A stretch of 64,000 nt of DNA from Parvibaculaceae bacterium (GTDB lineage Bacteria > Pseudomonadota > Alphaproteobacteria > Parvibaculales > Parvibaculaceae): contig JAPWJY010000001.1 in NCBI GenBank assembly GCA_028283765.1, forward strand, positions 2,357 to 66,356, read 5' to 3'. The position numbers and the translations under genes were made by a program. The stretch's first letter is position 1. Each line of letters opens with the position of its first letter. The notes below the pieces were generated by a model. It had not been told where the DNA came from, did no database searches, and saw nothing but the letters and a program-made list of their open reading frames with translations. This document shows, in pieces, positions 27,325 through 37,541 of the stretch.

Positions 27325-28323
27325 ATGCCATTAAATCACCATCATCTTCCCGCCATCGCGGCCATGGGTTTCTCCCTGCTCCTTTCGTTTCCCGCCGCTG
27401 CGGCCTATGAGCTGGAGGCCGCCAATGCCAAAGGCGGCGACGCCCTCGTCAATGCGGTCATTCTCGCCATTGCCCGCAAACCGATGGAGGTCGACGACAT
27501 CATCGCCGATGCCGTCAGGCTGAACCCGGCTCGCCGCATGGAAATCGTGTCGAAATCAGACGAAATGTTTCCCGGTTTCAAGGAGCGTATAGAGCATGCC
27601 GCCGCCAATGCGCTGCCCGAAACGGCCGCACCATTGCCCACAGCAGCACCGGAACTGGCGGCCGATGCAACCCGGCTGGATGGCTGGAAAGCGGATGTTG
27701 CCCTTGGCGCTGCCCAGGTTACCGGCAACAGCCAGTCGCAGGCTGTGAATCTTGATGTGAAGGCAACCAAAGATCGGGCGAACTGGCATCACAAGCTGGC
27801 TGCCACTGCAGATTATGGCCGCAGCGACTATGTCACCAATGCGCGCCGTTACCAGCTTACCGGCGAGAGCGAATACGACCTGTCGAAACGGACCTATACC
27901 GGCGGCATCCTGCAATACACCGATGACGGCTTCTCCGGCTATGATTACGAACTTCTGGAGGGTTTCGGCTACGGCTACCGGATCTATGACAGCAAGGACC
28001 TCGGCCTCACTGTCGAGGCAGGCCCGAGCCTTCGCCAGCAACGCTCGTCAGGATCCGGCGACCAGACGAACGAGATCATCGGCCGCATCGCCTCCGATTT
28101 CTATTGGGTCTTCGCCAACAAATCTAAGCTGACGAACGAATTCAGCATCCTGATCGGCTCCAGCAATACACAAACCGAAAACAACCTCGCCCTGACCGCG
28201 CCAGTCGCCGACAGCTTTTCCCTGAGAGCCTCCCTCGATGTGCGCAACAACAGCCATCCGCCACTGGGCTCGAAGGCATACGACACAATAACAAAGCTGC
28301 AACTCGTCTATTCACTTCAATAA
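27325..28323 (+). CDS. DUF481 (YdiY-like) outer-membrane beta-barrel protein with an N-terminal extension
   Basis: Signal peptide ending FPAAAA. C-terminal about 210 aa show the DUF481 pattern (W.ADVALGAAQVTGNSQSQ, alternating beta strands, terminal LQLVYSLQ). The N-terminal about 110 aa are alpha-helical with no assigned family. Confidence 0.65.
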   Translation: MPLNHHHLPAIAAMGFSLLLSFPAAAAYELEAANAKGGDALVNAVILAIARKPMEVDDIIADAVRLNPARRMEIVSKSDEMFPGFKERIEHAAANALPETAAPLPTAAPELAADATRLDGWKADVALGAAQVTGNSQSQAVNLDVKATKDRANWHHKLAATADYGRSDYVTNARRYQLTGESEYDLSKRTYTGGILQYTDDGFSGYDYELLEGFGYGYRIYDSKDLGLTVEAGPSLRQQRSSGSGDQTNEIIGRIASDFYWVFANKSKLTNEFSILIGSSNTQTENNLALTAPVADSFSLRASLDVRNNSHPPLGSKAYDTITKLQLVYSLQ

Positions 28324-28387
28324 CGATATGACAAAATAGCCTCAAAAATCAGGCATCGAATGATGCCGGAGAACTCCGGGAAACGCC

Positions 28388-29086
28388 ATGATTGATCTTT
28401 ATACATCGCCCACGCCGAACGGCTGGAAAGCCTCCGTCACGCTTGAAGAACTGGACCTGCCCTATGAGGTCCACGCCATCGACCTTGGCAAGCAGGAGCA
28501 GAAAAGCCCCGCCTTCCTCAGGATCAATCCCAACGGACGCATCCCCGCGATTGTGGACCACGACGCGGACGATCTCGCGATCTTCGAATCCGGCGCCATC
28601 ATGATCTATCTGGCGGAAAAGACCGGCAGGCTTCTCCCCACCGATCTTCATGGCCGTTTCGCGACCCTGCAATGGCTCATGTTCCAGATGGGCGGCGTCG
28701 GCCCGATGATGGGGCAGGCCAATGTATTCTTCCGCTACTGGCCGGAAAAATATCAGCCCGCCATCGACCGCTATCAGAACGAAGGCCGCCGCCTCTTCAC
28801 CGTGCTCGATGGACGGCTCGGCGAATCCGAATGGCTGGCGGGCGCGGACTTCACCATCGCCGACATCGCCAACTGGTCATGGGTGCGCACCTATTTCTGG
28901 TCCGGGGTCGATATCGAGGGCCTCGACAATCTGAAGCGCTGGATGGCGGCGATCGAGGCCCGCCCTGCCTGCCAGCGTGGCCTCAAGGTGCCCGTGGACA
29001 TGGAAGCGCTGCGCGCGGCGCAGGGCGCAAAGGGCGACGCGGCCGAAACCCTGGTGAAGTCGGCCCAGTCCATCGTTCAGCGCTGA
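28388..29086 (+). CDS. glutathione S-transferase family protein (YfcG/Nu-class-like)
   Basis: [57 protein letters not shown]...[14 protein letters not shown] is a typical Nu-class GST N-terminal domain. Confidence 0.88.
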   Translation: MIDLYTSPTPNGWKASVTLEELDLPYEVHAIDLGKQEQKSPAFLRINPNGRIPAIVDHDADDLAIFESGAIMIYLAEKTGRLLPTDLHGRFATLQWLMFQMGGVGPMMGQANVFFRYWPEKYQPAIDRYQNEGRRLFTVLDGRLGESEWLAGADFTIADIANWSWVRTYFWSGVDIEGLDNLKRWMAAIEARPACQRGLKVPVDMEALRAAQGAKGDAAETLVKSAQSIVQR

Positions 29087-29101
29087 CCGGGCCTTCATGA
29101 C

Positions 29102-29134
29102 AGGCAGGGCGAAAAAATCCGCCCTGCCTCTTTT
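29102..29134 (+). terminator. intrinsic terminator after the GST gene
   Basis: AGGCAGGGCG-aaaaaatc-CGCCCTGCCT, a 10-bp stem followed by CTTTTC. Confidence 0.7.
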
Positions 29135-29137
29135 CAC

Positions 29138-29905
29138 TCAAACTTCGGCGGCGCCGCCATCGCACGGGATCACCGCGCCGGTCGTGTAGGCGCTGGCGCG
29201 CGAGGCAAGGAAGATCGCGACGCCCGCCGCATCCTCCGGCGTACCGATCCGCCCGAGGGGATTTTCCGCCCGGATAAAATCGCCGAGCGTTTCCAGCGTC
29301 GCCTTCATCATTTCGCTCGGGAACGGCCCGGGGGCGATGGCGTTGACGAGGATATGCTCCTTGGCCAGACGTTTCGCCAGATGGCGGGTCAGCATGATGC
29401 AACCGGCCTTGGAAGACGAATAGGCATAGGTTTCAAGGGCTGGCGGCTCGATGCCATTGATCGAGGCCGTGTTGATGATGCGCGCCGGGCTCGCCGCCGA
29501 TCCGGCCTTGCGCAGCAGCGGCAGCAGCTTCTGGGTCAGAAAGAATGGGCCCTTGAGGTTGATGTCGACAACCTTGTCCCAGCCCTTCTCCGAATACTGG
29601 TCGATCGGCTCGCCCCACGCCGCCCCCGCATTGTTGACGAGAATATCGAGCTTCTCCTCGCGTTTCGCCAGTTCCGCGGCCAGACCCTCGATGCCTTCCA
29701 TCGTGCCCAGATCGAAGGGCAGCGAAATGCAGGTGCCGATCTTCGACAGCCGCTCGGCCGTTTCATTGCAGGCCTGCGCCTTGCGCGCGGTGATATAGAC
29801 CTTCGCGCCATTTTCCACATAGCCGGTCGCGATCATCTCGCCAATGCCGCGCGATCCTCCCGTGACCAGCGCGACCTTGCCTTCGATATTGAACAGATTC
29901 TTCAT
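29138..29905 (-). CDS. SDR family oxidoreductase (RhlG/3-oxoacyl-ACP reductase-like)
   Basis: ALVTGGSRGIG, NNAG, YSSSK. Start at MKNLF; the track ORF extends to 29935. Confidence 0.85.
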   Translation of the reverse strand: MKNLFNIEGKVALVTGGSRGIGEMIATGYVENGAKVYITARKAQACNETAERLSKIGTCISLPFDLGTMEGIEGLAAELAKREEKLDILVNNAGAAWGEPIDQYSEKGWDKVVDINLKGPFFLTQKLLPLLRKAGSAASPARIINTASINGIEPPALETYAYSSSKAGCIMLTRHLAKRLAKEHILVNAIAPGPFPSEMMKATLETLGDFIRAENPLGRIGTPEDAAGVAIFLASRASAYTTGAVIPCDGGAAEV

Positions 29906-29983
29906 TCTGGCCTCATTCAGTTTGCAATGACGCACCTTAGAACAGGACCGGGGAAAGTGGCGCGGGATTTGAGGATGGGCGGC

Positions 29984-30010
29984 AAAAAAACAGGGGCCGA
30001 AAGGCCCCCG
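29984..30010 (-). terminator. intrinsic terminator after the large acyl-CoA dehydrogenase gene
   Basis: Minus strand reads CGGGGGCC-tttc-GGCCCCTG followed by TTTTTTT, 30 nt downstream of the stop at 30040. Confidence 0.7.
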
Positions 30011-30039
30011 TTCCTGTTGGTTATACGCTAAACGCCTGC

Positions 30040-31890
30040 TCAGAAATTCGCGGCATCGAGCTCCATCAGCGTATCCGCCCCCGCCGTGGCGCGCTCCAGC
30101 AGCGAGGATGTCAGGGGAATCTCGCGCTCCATCCAGTAGCGGGCGAGCGTCAGCTTGCGCTTGTAGAAGTCCGGGTTTTCCGTGCCCGACGCCAGCTTTT
30201 CGAGGGAGATCCTGGCCATCTGCGCCCAGACCCAGGCCAGCGTCACGATGCCGAACATCGTCAGCATGTCGTAGGAAGCCGCCCCGGCATTGTCATAGTT
30301 CTTCGGCGCGTTCTGCATCAGCCAGCCGGCCGCGTCGCCGAGCCGCTTGTAACCGGTTTTCAGGGGCTCGATGAAGGGCTTCAGATCGGCGTTGCCTTCG
30401 TTCTCCTTGATGAAGCTGTCGAGCTTGCCGAAGAAGGTCAGTGTCGCCCGGCCACCCTTCGAGGTCATCTTGCGGGCGACGAGATCGAGCGCCTGCACGC
30501 CATTCGCCCCTTCATAAACCTGATTGATGCGGGCATCGCGCACGAACTGCTCCATGCCGTTGTCGCGCACATAGCCATGCCCGCCGAACACCTGCATGGC
30601 GGCGTTGGCCGCTTCAAAGCCCTTGTCAGTGAAATAAGCCTTGATCACCGGCGTCATGAGCTGGGCCATGTCTTCCGCCTCCTCGCGCTCCTTCGCATCC
30701 GCCGAGGAACGGGCGACGCTGAACAGGAACGAGACATACATGGCGAGCGCCCGCGCACCCTCGACGAACGCGCGCGAGCCCAGCAGCAGACGGCGCACAT
30801 CGGGATAGACCATGATCGGATCGGCGGCGGCGCCGGGGTTCTTCGCCCCCGTCAGCGCGCGGCCCGCGAGGCGGTCGTTGGCATAGGCAACGCCGTTCTG
30901 ATAGGCGACCTCGCCCGCCGCGATGCCCTGAATGCCGACGCCCATGCGCGCGCCATTCATCATGCCGAACATGCCGGCCATGCCCGCCGACTTCGACTTT
31001 TTCACCTCGCCGCCCTCGGCGGTTTTGGTCTGGGGCTTGCCGCCGAGCTTGTAGGCGACCGCATCGTCGAAATTGAGCACGCAGGTGGCGTTGGCCTTGA
31101 TGCCCATCTTCTTTTCGATGGAGCCGGTGGTGACGCCGTTGCGCTTCGTGATCTTGCCGGTTTCGGGATCGACGAGGAACTTCGGCACCATGAAGAAATT
31201 CACGGTCGAAAGATCGTCGGCCAGCTTGCCGTCCTCGCCCGGAATCTTGGCGATGACCATGTGGATGATGTTGTCCGTCAGGTCATGGTCGCCGCCGGAA
31301 ATGAAGATCTTCGTGCCCGACATGCGATAGGTGCCGTCTTCCTGCGGCACGGCCTTCGTCTTCATCAGCCTGAGGTCGGTGCCGCAGTGCGGCTCGGTCA
31401 GGCACATGGTGCCGGTCCACTCGCCATCGACCATCTTCGACACGACATGCTCGCGCATCCACGGTTCGCCGGTGGCCCACAGCGCACCATAGGCCGCGTT
31501 GGTCAGCCCCGGATACATGGAGAAGGCCTGATTGGCGGAGGAGCCGATTTCAGCAAAGGCGAAGGTGACGACGGAGGGCAGGTTCGCGCCGCCCACTTCC
31601 TCGGGCGCGCCGAGCTTGTTCCAGCCCGCCTCGCAATAGGCCTTGAAGGCTTCCTTGAAGCCCGCGGGCGTGCGCACCACGCCATTCTCGAAATGGCAGC
31701 CTTCCTCGTCGCCGCTCTGGTTCAGGGGCTGCAGCACCTCCTCGCAGAACTTCGCCCCGCCTTCCAGGATCGCGCTGGTCATATCGGGCGTCAGATCGGC
31801 AAAACCCGGCAGGTCGGTCCGCTCCTCAACCTTGAGGAACTCATGGAACAGAAACAGGAAGTCCTCGACGGGGGCTTTGTAGCTGGGCAT
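30040..31890 (-). CDS. acyl-CoA dehydrogenase, long (about 616 aa) form with an extra C-terminal domain
   Basis: MCLTEPHCGTDL, GTKIFISGGDHD and VFGGHGYVRD are ACAD motifs. Start at MPSYKAPVEDF. Confidence 0.9.
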   Translation of the reverse strand: MPSYKAPVEDFLFLFHEFLKVEERTDLPGFADLTPDMTSAILEGGAKFCEEVLQPLNQSGDEEGCHFENGVVRTPAGFKEAFKAYCEAGWNKLGAPEEVGGANLPSVVTFAFAEIGSSANQAFSMYPGLTNAAYGALWATGEPWMREHVVSKMVDGEWTGTMCLTEPHCGTDLRLMKTKAVPQEDGTYRMSGTKIFISGGDHDLTDNIIHMVIAKIPGEDGKLADDLSTVNFFMVPKFLVDPETGKITKRNGVTTGSIEKKMGIKANATCVLNFDDAVAYKLGGKPQTKTAEGGEVKKSKSAGMAGMFGMMNGARMGVGIQGIAAGEVAYQNGVAYANDRLAGRALTGAKNPGAAADPIMVYPDVRRLLLGSRAFVEGARALAMYVSFLFSVARSSADAKEREEAEDMAQLMTPVIKAYFTDKGFEAANAAMQVFGGHGYVRDNGMEQFVRDARINQVYEGANGVQALDLVARKMTSKGGRATLTFFGKLDSFIKENEGNADLKPFIEPLKTGYKRLGDAAGWLMQNAPKNYDNAGAASYDMLTMFGIVTLAWVWAQMARISLEKLASGTENPDFYKRKLTLARYWMEREIPLTSSLLERATAGADTLMELDAANF

Positions 31891-31970
31891 GGGACAATAC
31901 AACCTTCATTATTGTCAATTTGGCCGGGATAGTGACCGATGACGCTACGTTTGTCGAGAGGATGAGCCCC

Positions 31971-32951
31971 TCACCGGGCCGGGAAACAGGCCGCCAGATT
32001 GCGCCGGATCCGGGCGAGCAAAGGCTCATCGCTGTCGGGAAAGGCAAAGCTTTGCCCGGTGATCGTCTCGAAGGCGCGAATATAGACCTGGGCGGTTTCA
32101 AGCACCACGTCCTGCGGAATCTCGGGAATGTCGTCCTTGTAGGGGTCGCACCGCGCCACCACCCAATTGCGCACGAAATCCTTGTCGAAGCTCTCCGGCT
32201 TCTCGCCCTTCTCGAAGCGATCCTGATAGCTTTCGGCGAACCAGTAGCGGCTGCTGTCCGGCGTGTGGATTTCGTCCGCAAGCACGATCCGCCCCGCCTT
32301 GTCGACGCCGAATTCATATTTGGTATCGGCCAGGATGAGGCCGTTCCGGCCCGCCAGTTCCTGCCCCCGGGCGAACAGGGCCAGCGCATAGGCTGACAGC
32401 GTTTCCCACTGGGCCGCCGTCAAAAGCCCCTGTTCCACGATCTGGGCGGGGGTCAGCGGCTCGTCGTGGCCGCCGTCGAAAGCCTTGCTGGTGGGCGTGA
32501 TGATCGGCTGCGGCAGACGCTCATTGTCGCGCAGCCCGTCGGGCAGGCGATGGCCATACATCTCGCGAGCGCCGGCCTTGTAATGCGTCAGGATCGAGGT
32601 GCCGGTGGTGCCCGCCAGATAGGCGCGGACCACGATTTCGACCGGCAGAATGTCGAGACGCTGGCCGATCACCACATTGGGGTCTGGATAGGCCAGCACA
32701 TGGTTGGGGCAGATGTCCGCCGTCGCCTCGAACCAGAACCGGGCGGTCTGGGTCAGAACCTGCCCCTTGAAGGGGATGGCGGCGAGAATCCGGTCGAACG
32801 CGCTCAGCCGGTCGGAAGCGATGATGATGCGGCGACCGTCCGGCAGGTCGTAATTATCCCTGACCTTGCCCCGGTAATGGTTTGGCAGTTCGGGAATGTC
32901 CGCATCGGCAAGAACGAGATGCGCGCGCGCCTTGAGAGCCGTCAGATCCAT
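31971..32951 (-). CDS. purC: phosphoribosylaminoimidazole-succinocarboxamide synthase (long PurC form)
   Basis: YRGKVRDNY...SDRLSAFD...[14 protein letters not shown]...LADTKYEFG are SAICAR synthetase motifs. Start at MDLTALK (or MWT at 32960). The track ORF is over-extended to 33206. Confidence 0.88.
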   Translation of the reverse strand: MDLTALKARAHLVLADADIPELPNHYRGKVRDNYDLPDGRRIIIASDRLSAFDRILAAIPFKGQVLTQTARFWFEATADICPNHVLAYPDPNVVIGQRLDILPVEIVVRAYLAGTTGTSILTHYKAGAREMYGHRLPDGLRDNERLPQPIITPTSKAFDGGHDEPLTPAQIVEQGLLTAAQWETLSAYALALFARGQELAGRNGLILADTKYEFGVDKAGRIVLADEIHTPDSSRYWFAESYQDRFEKGEKPESFDKDFVRNWVVARCDPYKDDIPEIPQDVVLETAQVYIRAFETITGQSFAFPDSDEPLLARIRRNLAACFPAR

Positions 32952-33075
32952 AGTCCACATCCTGGCAGGGCAAAAGCGACCTGTACGCAAACCGGGCCAG
33001 ATGTGCAAGTGCGGGATTTCGGGACGGGATTCCGGCCCGGCGAGCCATGCCACCGGGCCGGAATCAGGTCGCGGA

Positions 33076-33879
33076 TCAACTATCCGTATATGCCGGCTTG
33101 CGCTTGCCGAGGAAGGCGGAGATGCCCTCTCTGAAGTCACTCGTCTGGGCGCACAGGATCTGGTTCCGGTCCTCCATGGCGATCGCCGCATGAAGGCTGC
33201 CCGCATCGACGCTCATGTTGAGGCATTCCTTGGTCAGCCTCAGCCCGAGCGGCGATGTCGTCAGCATTTCATCGAGATAGGGGCGGGCGGCCGCCACAAG
33301 GTCGCCATCCGGCACCACCTCCGAGACGAGACCGACACGCAGAGCCCGTTCCGCATTGATGAAACGGCCCGTCATCATGAGTTCGCTCGCGACCGAAACC
33401 CCGACGAGGCGTGGCAGGAAATAGCTGACGCCGATGTCGCAGGCCGAAAGGCCGAGGCGGATGAAGGCCGCGTTCATGCGCGCGCTTTCCCCGGCAATGC
33501 GGATGTCCGACGCCAGCGCCAGCGCAAAGCCGCCGCCGCAGGCCGGGCCATGCACCAGCGACACGATGGCTTGCGGACAGCGCCGCATCCGCATCACGAT
33601 TTCGCTGATCCGGCGCTGGGAGACGAGACCCGCCGCAGGTCCCGAACGCGAGGCGTCCGGCGCATTGGAGCGTTCCTTGAGATCGAGCCCGGCGCAGAAA
33701 GCCTTGCCCGCTCCCTTCAGCACCACCACCCGCACCGAGTGGTCCATGTAGAGAGACTGGAAATAATCCAGCAACTCATCGACCATCGCCGGGTTGAGGG
33801 CATTGAGGCTGTCGGGCCGGTTGAGCGTGACCCAGTCGATCCCGCCTTCTTTTTCTATGTTCAGGGTCTGGTAATCCAT
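33076..33879 (-). CDS. enoyl-CoA hydratase/isomerase family protein
   Basis: Crotonase motifs [19 protein letters not shown] and [16 protein letters not shown]. Start at MDYQTL. Confidence 0.9.
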   Translation of the reverse strand: MDYQTLNIEKEGGIDWVTLNRPDSLNALNPAMVDELLDYFQSLYMDHSVRVVVLKGAGKAFCAGLDLKERSNAPDASRSGPAAGLVSQRRISEIVMRMRRCPQAIVSLVHGPACGGGFALALASDIRIAGESARMNAAFIRLGLSACDIGVSYFLPRLVGVSVASELMMTGRFINAERALRVGLVSEVVPDGDLVAAARPYLDEMLTTSPLGLRLTKECLNMSVDAGSLHAAIAMEDRNQILCAQTSDFREGISAFLGKRKPAYTDS

Positions 33880-33893
33880 CGCTTCGCCTCCGC

Positions 33894-34976
33894 TCAATGC
33901 CAGGGTTCGACGAGGATCTTGGCGTGCTTCTCGGGGTTGCCGAGTTCCGTGAACGCCTGCTTGACGTCCGCGACGCCAACCTTGCCGGTCACCAGCGCGG
34001 ACCCGTCGATCAGGCCTTCGCCGAGATGATGGAGCGTCTGGGCGAATTCCTCAGGCGTATAGCCCAGCACATACTGGACATTGAGTTCCTTGGTGATGCC
34101 GAAGAAAGGCTCGATCGTGTCTTTCTCCATACAGACCCCGACAATGATGATGCGAGCCTGACGGGGCGCGCCTTCCATCATCTTCTGGATGACGCCGGGC
34201 ACGCCGACGCACTCGAAGAACACGCCGGGACGCATTTTCGGTCCCAGCCCCAGAAGAGCGACCAGGCTTTTCGCGTCATAGCCTTCCGGCGTCGCCTCGT
34301 CGGTCCATGTCTTGTAGGGCGACACGGTGGCCGGATCGATCACGATGTCGGCGCCCATGGTTTCCGCGAGCTTGCGCCGCGCCGGGCTGAAATCCGCCGC
34401 GATGATCGGGTGAACGCCCTTGAGCTTGAGGCCCGCGATGACGGCAAGACCGACCGGGCCGCAGCCGATGACCAGCGGCACGTCCTCGGGCGTGATGTTC
34501 GCCTTCTGCACCGCGTGCCAGCCCACCGCCATCGGCTCCGTCAGGGCCGCCTGCTCAGTGGAAAGCCCGTTGGGCACTTCCAGCAGAAGCATTTCGCTCA
34601 GCACCATACGCTCGGCAAAGCCGCCGGGAAGGTCATTGGAATAGCCGAGCGTGAAAGCGCCCGAAGAAGAGAATGCGACGGGCATGGAGCAGACCCGCGT
34701 CCCCGCCTTGTGCTTTTTCTCCGTGTTCGGTCCATGTTCCAGCACTTCGGCCACGAATTCATGGCCGAACACGATGTCGCGCGTCAGATCCATCACGAAA
34801 TTCGACCCGACCCGCTTCGACATATCGACCATCTGGGGCGCATGATGGAACGCGTGCAGGTCAGAACCACAGATGCCACAAGCAAGGGTTTTGACCAGAA
34901 CCTGTCCGTCGTTGGCCTTCGGCTCGGGTATGTCGGCGGCGACAAGATCGGCGTCGCGAAAAACAGCAGCGCGCAT
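33894..34976 (-). CDS. zinc-binding alcohol dehydrogenase (MDR family)
   Basis: ACGICGSDLH zinc motif, GHEF, and Rossmann VIGCGPVGLAV. Start at MRAAVF. A 4-nt overlap joins it to the downstream hydratase gene. Confidence 0.85.
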   Translation of the reverse strand: MRAAVFRDADLVAADIPEPKANDGQVLVKTLACGICGSDLHAFHHAPQMVDMSKRVGSNFVMDLTRDIVFGHEFVAEVLEHGPNTEKKHKAGTRVCSMPVAFSSSGAFTLGYSNDLPGGFAERMVLSEMLLLEVPNGLSTEQAALTEPMAVGWHAVQKANITPEDVPLVIGCGPVGLAVIAGLKLKGVHPIIAADFSPARRKLAETMGADIVIDPATVSPYKTWTDEATPEGYDAKSLVALLGLGPKMRPGVFFECVGVPGVIQKMMEGAPRQARIIIVGVCMEKDTIEPFFGITKELNVQYVLGYTPEEFAQTLHHLGEGLIDGSALVTGKVGVADVKQAFTELGNPEKHAKILVEPWH

Positions 34977-35117
34977 GATTGATTCTCCCTGACGGCAAAA
35001 AAATGCCGCTTTCATTATTCATTCCGGGCCATGCAAGCAGGAAGGGAACGCATGTGCAAGCGCGCCGGAATATTCATATTTCTGACGCAGCGTTCCCCTC
35101 GCCGCAGGACGGCCGGG

Positions 35118-36209
35118 TCAGGCGGCGGCAAGCCCCTGAGCCACGGCGGCCTCGTGACGCAGCCGCTCAGGCCCGCCCAGCAACTGGCGGTCGAGACCGA
35201 TGCGCTTGAACCAGTAATGCAGCCCCAGAAGGTCGGTGAAGCCCATGCCGCCATGCACCTCGGTCGAGGTGCGGGCGACGAAGCGTCCGGCCTCGGACAA
35301 ATGCGCCTTGGCGTGGGCGGCCATCAACGAGGCGTCATCGGGCAGGGTGTCGAACGCATGGGCCGCATACCAGATCAGCGCCCGGCCCGGCTCAAGCTCC
35401 GCCGCCATTTCCGCGCACAGATGCTTCACCGCCTGGAAAGAGCCGATGACCCGGCCGAACTGCTTTCGCTCCCTGGCATAGTCCACCGCCTTTTCGATCA
35501 TCATGTCGCCCGCGCCCAGCGTGTCGGCAGCAAGGATGATGCGCCCGGCCGCGATCATGCGGGAAAGCGCACGGCCGCTGTCGCCCGCCAGCGGCTCAGC
35601 CTCGACATTGTCGAAATGAAGCTCGCTGAGATCGCGGGTAAGGTCGATGGTTTCGAGCGGCGTCAGCGTGAGCCCCGCCGCTTTCCCCGCCACCAGATGC
35701 AGCGCGCCCTTTTCATCGGCGACGATGATGAGATCAGCGCCCTGCGCCTCGAAGGCGAACATGGCGCTGCCGTTGAGCCTGCCGCCCGAGGCCGTTATGC
35801 GGGCTCCTTCGCGCGCACCCGACGCACGCTCTGAAACCGCCACGCCTGCCCGTATTTCACCTGACGCGAGCTTCGGCAGCCATGTCTCTTTCTGGCTGTC
35901 GCTACCCGCCTCGATCAGGGCCGCAGGCGCCATGACAATGGTTGCGAGAAACGGTACGGGCGCCACATGCCGCCCGAGCATTTCGGCCATCAGGGCCGCA
36001 TCGAGCAGGCCGAGGGCGGAACCGCCAAATTCTTCCGGCACGATCAGCCCCGGCAGGCCAAGCCCCACCAGCGCCTCCCAGATGTCGGCGGCAACCGTTT
36101 CGCGCGCACCCGCGGCGCGGCGGATGCGCTCCAGCGGCGCAACGCGTTCCAGCGTCCGGCGCACGCTTTCCTGCATCAGTTTCTGGTCCTGCGAAAGCCC
36201 GAATTCCAT
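35118..36209 (-). CDS. acyl-CoA dehydrogenase family protein (small partner, PimD-like)
   Basis: About 363 aa from MEFGLSQDQKLMQESV. ACAD fold. C-terminus HGGMGFTDLLGLHYWFKRIGLDRQLLGG. Lies directly downstream of a 397-aa ACAD. The track ORF is over-extended to 36461. Confidence 0.8.
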   Translation of the reverse strand: MEFGLSQDQKLMQESVRRTLERVAPLERIRRAAGARETVAADIWEALVGLGLPGLIVPEEFGGSALGLLDAALMAEMLGRHVAPVPFLATIVMAPAALIEAGSDSQKETWLPKLASGEIRAGVAVSERASGAREGARITASGGRLNGSAMFAFEAQGADLIIVADEKGALHLVAGKAAGLTLTPLETIDLTRDLSELHFDNVEAEPLAGDSGRALSRMIAAGRIILAADTLGAGDMMIEKAVDYARERKQFGRVIGSFQAVKHLCAEMAAELEPGRALIWYAAHAFDTLPDDASLMAAHAKAHLSEAGRFVARTSTEVHGGMGFTDLLGLHYWFKRIGLDRQLLGGPERLRHEAAVAQGLAAA

Positions 36210-36255
36210 AACTGTCATTCCCTCGATTATTGTTTGTTTCTTGCTGGAGAACGGC

Positions 36256-37449
36256 TCAAGCCTTCGCCGCCTTGGGCTCCCTCGGCATGCCAAGGCCACG
36301 CTCGGAGATGATGTTTTTCTGAATCTGCGCCGTGCCGCCGCCGATGATAAGCCCGAGGTCAAACATATAGCGGTGCTGCCACACGCCGCCCGCTCGCAGA
36401 TGCGGACTTTCACCATAAAGCACGCCCAGTTCGCCCAGCACATCGATGGCCAGCGCTGCAAGCTGATGGTTGATCTCGCAGCCCTGCAACTTGACGATGA
36501 GGCGGGCGATGCCCGGGTCTTCGCCCTTCTGCGCCGCCGTCAGCAGACGCAGGCCATGGAACTGCATGGCGAGCACCCGCGCCTGCAGGGCCATGAGCCG
36601 GTCGCGCATCACGGGATTGTCGATCAGCCGCGTCCCGTCCACGGTTTCGCGGCTCATGAGATCGACGATTTCCTTGAAGCGCGTGCCCGCCTGATTGGGA
36701 TCGCCCAGCATGCCGCGCTCATGCTTCAGCGTGGCGTTGGCGACATACCAGCCCTGTCCGCGCCCGGCCACGATCTGGCTCTGGGGCACCCGCACGTCGG
36801 TGAAGAAAACCTCATTGAACTCGGCATGTCCGGTCATGGTGGTGAGCGGACGCACCTCGATGCCGGGAGTGGACATGGAAAAGATCAGATAGCTGATGCC
36901 TTCGTGCTTGGGCTTGTCGGGTTCCGTGCGCACGAGGCAGAACATCATGTCCGCGGCATGGGCCGTCGAGGTCCAGATCTTCTGTCCATTGATGATGAAA
37001 TCGTCGCCATCCTCGACCGCATGGGTCTGTAGCGAGGCAAGGTCCGAACCCGACCCTGGCTCCGAATAGCCCTGGCACCAGACGATCTCGCCGCGCAGCG
37101 TCGGCTTGATCCATTTCGCTTTCTGTTCCGGCGTGCCCAGCTCCAGCAACGTCGGCACGAACATGGAAATGCCCTGATTGGCAAGGCCCGTCGGCACCCC
37201 GGCTTTTGTAAATTCCTCGGCGATGATGCGGGATTCCAGAATGTCCGGCTCCGCGCCGAAGCCGCCATATTCCTTCGGAATGGTCCGGGCAGCGTAACCG
37301 TTATCGATCAGCAGCCTCTGCCAGGCGAGCACCTCGGGCGCGGGGCGGGACACGCCGAAACGGCGAGGCGCCTGATCCTTGTGCGTCTCGATGAAATGGC
37401 GCACCTGCGCGCGGAAGGCCTCATATTGCGGCCCGTAACTGAGATCCAT
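36256..37449 (-). CDS. acyl-CoA dehydrogenase family protein (large partner, PimC-like)
   Basis: 397 aa with WCQGYSEPGSGSDLASL, GQKIWTSTAHAAD and GGGTAQIQKNIISERGLG. Confidence 0.88.
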   Translation of the reverse strand: MDLSYGPQYEAFRAQVRHFIETHKDQAPRRFGVSRPAPEVLAWQRLLIDNGYAARTIPKEYGGFGAEPDILESRIIAEEFTKAGVPTGLANQGISMFVPTLLELGTPEQKAKWIKPTLRGEIVWCQGYSEPGSGSDLASLQTHAVEDGDDFIINGQKIWTSTAHAADMMFCLVRTEPDKPKHEGISYLIFSMSTPGIEVRPLTTMTGHAEFNEVFFTDVRVPQSQIVAGRGQGWYVANATLKHERGMLGDPNQAGTRFKEIVDLMSRETVDGTRLIDNPVMRDRLMALQARVLAMQFHGLRLLTAAQKGEDPGIARLIVKLQGCEINHQLAALAIDVLGELGVLYGESPHLRAGGVWQHRYMFDLGLIIGGGTAQIQKNIISERGLGMPREPKAAKA

Positions 37450-37541
37450 GTCTCACTCCCCTGAAACCTTTTATGGTTTTGTTGGGGGCGAGTTTACCGG
37501 CAAAGGCCGGATCGTCCAGCCCATCCATCCGGTGATGGCCT

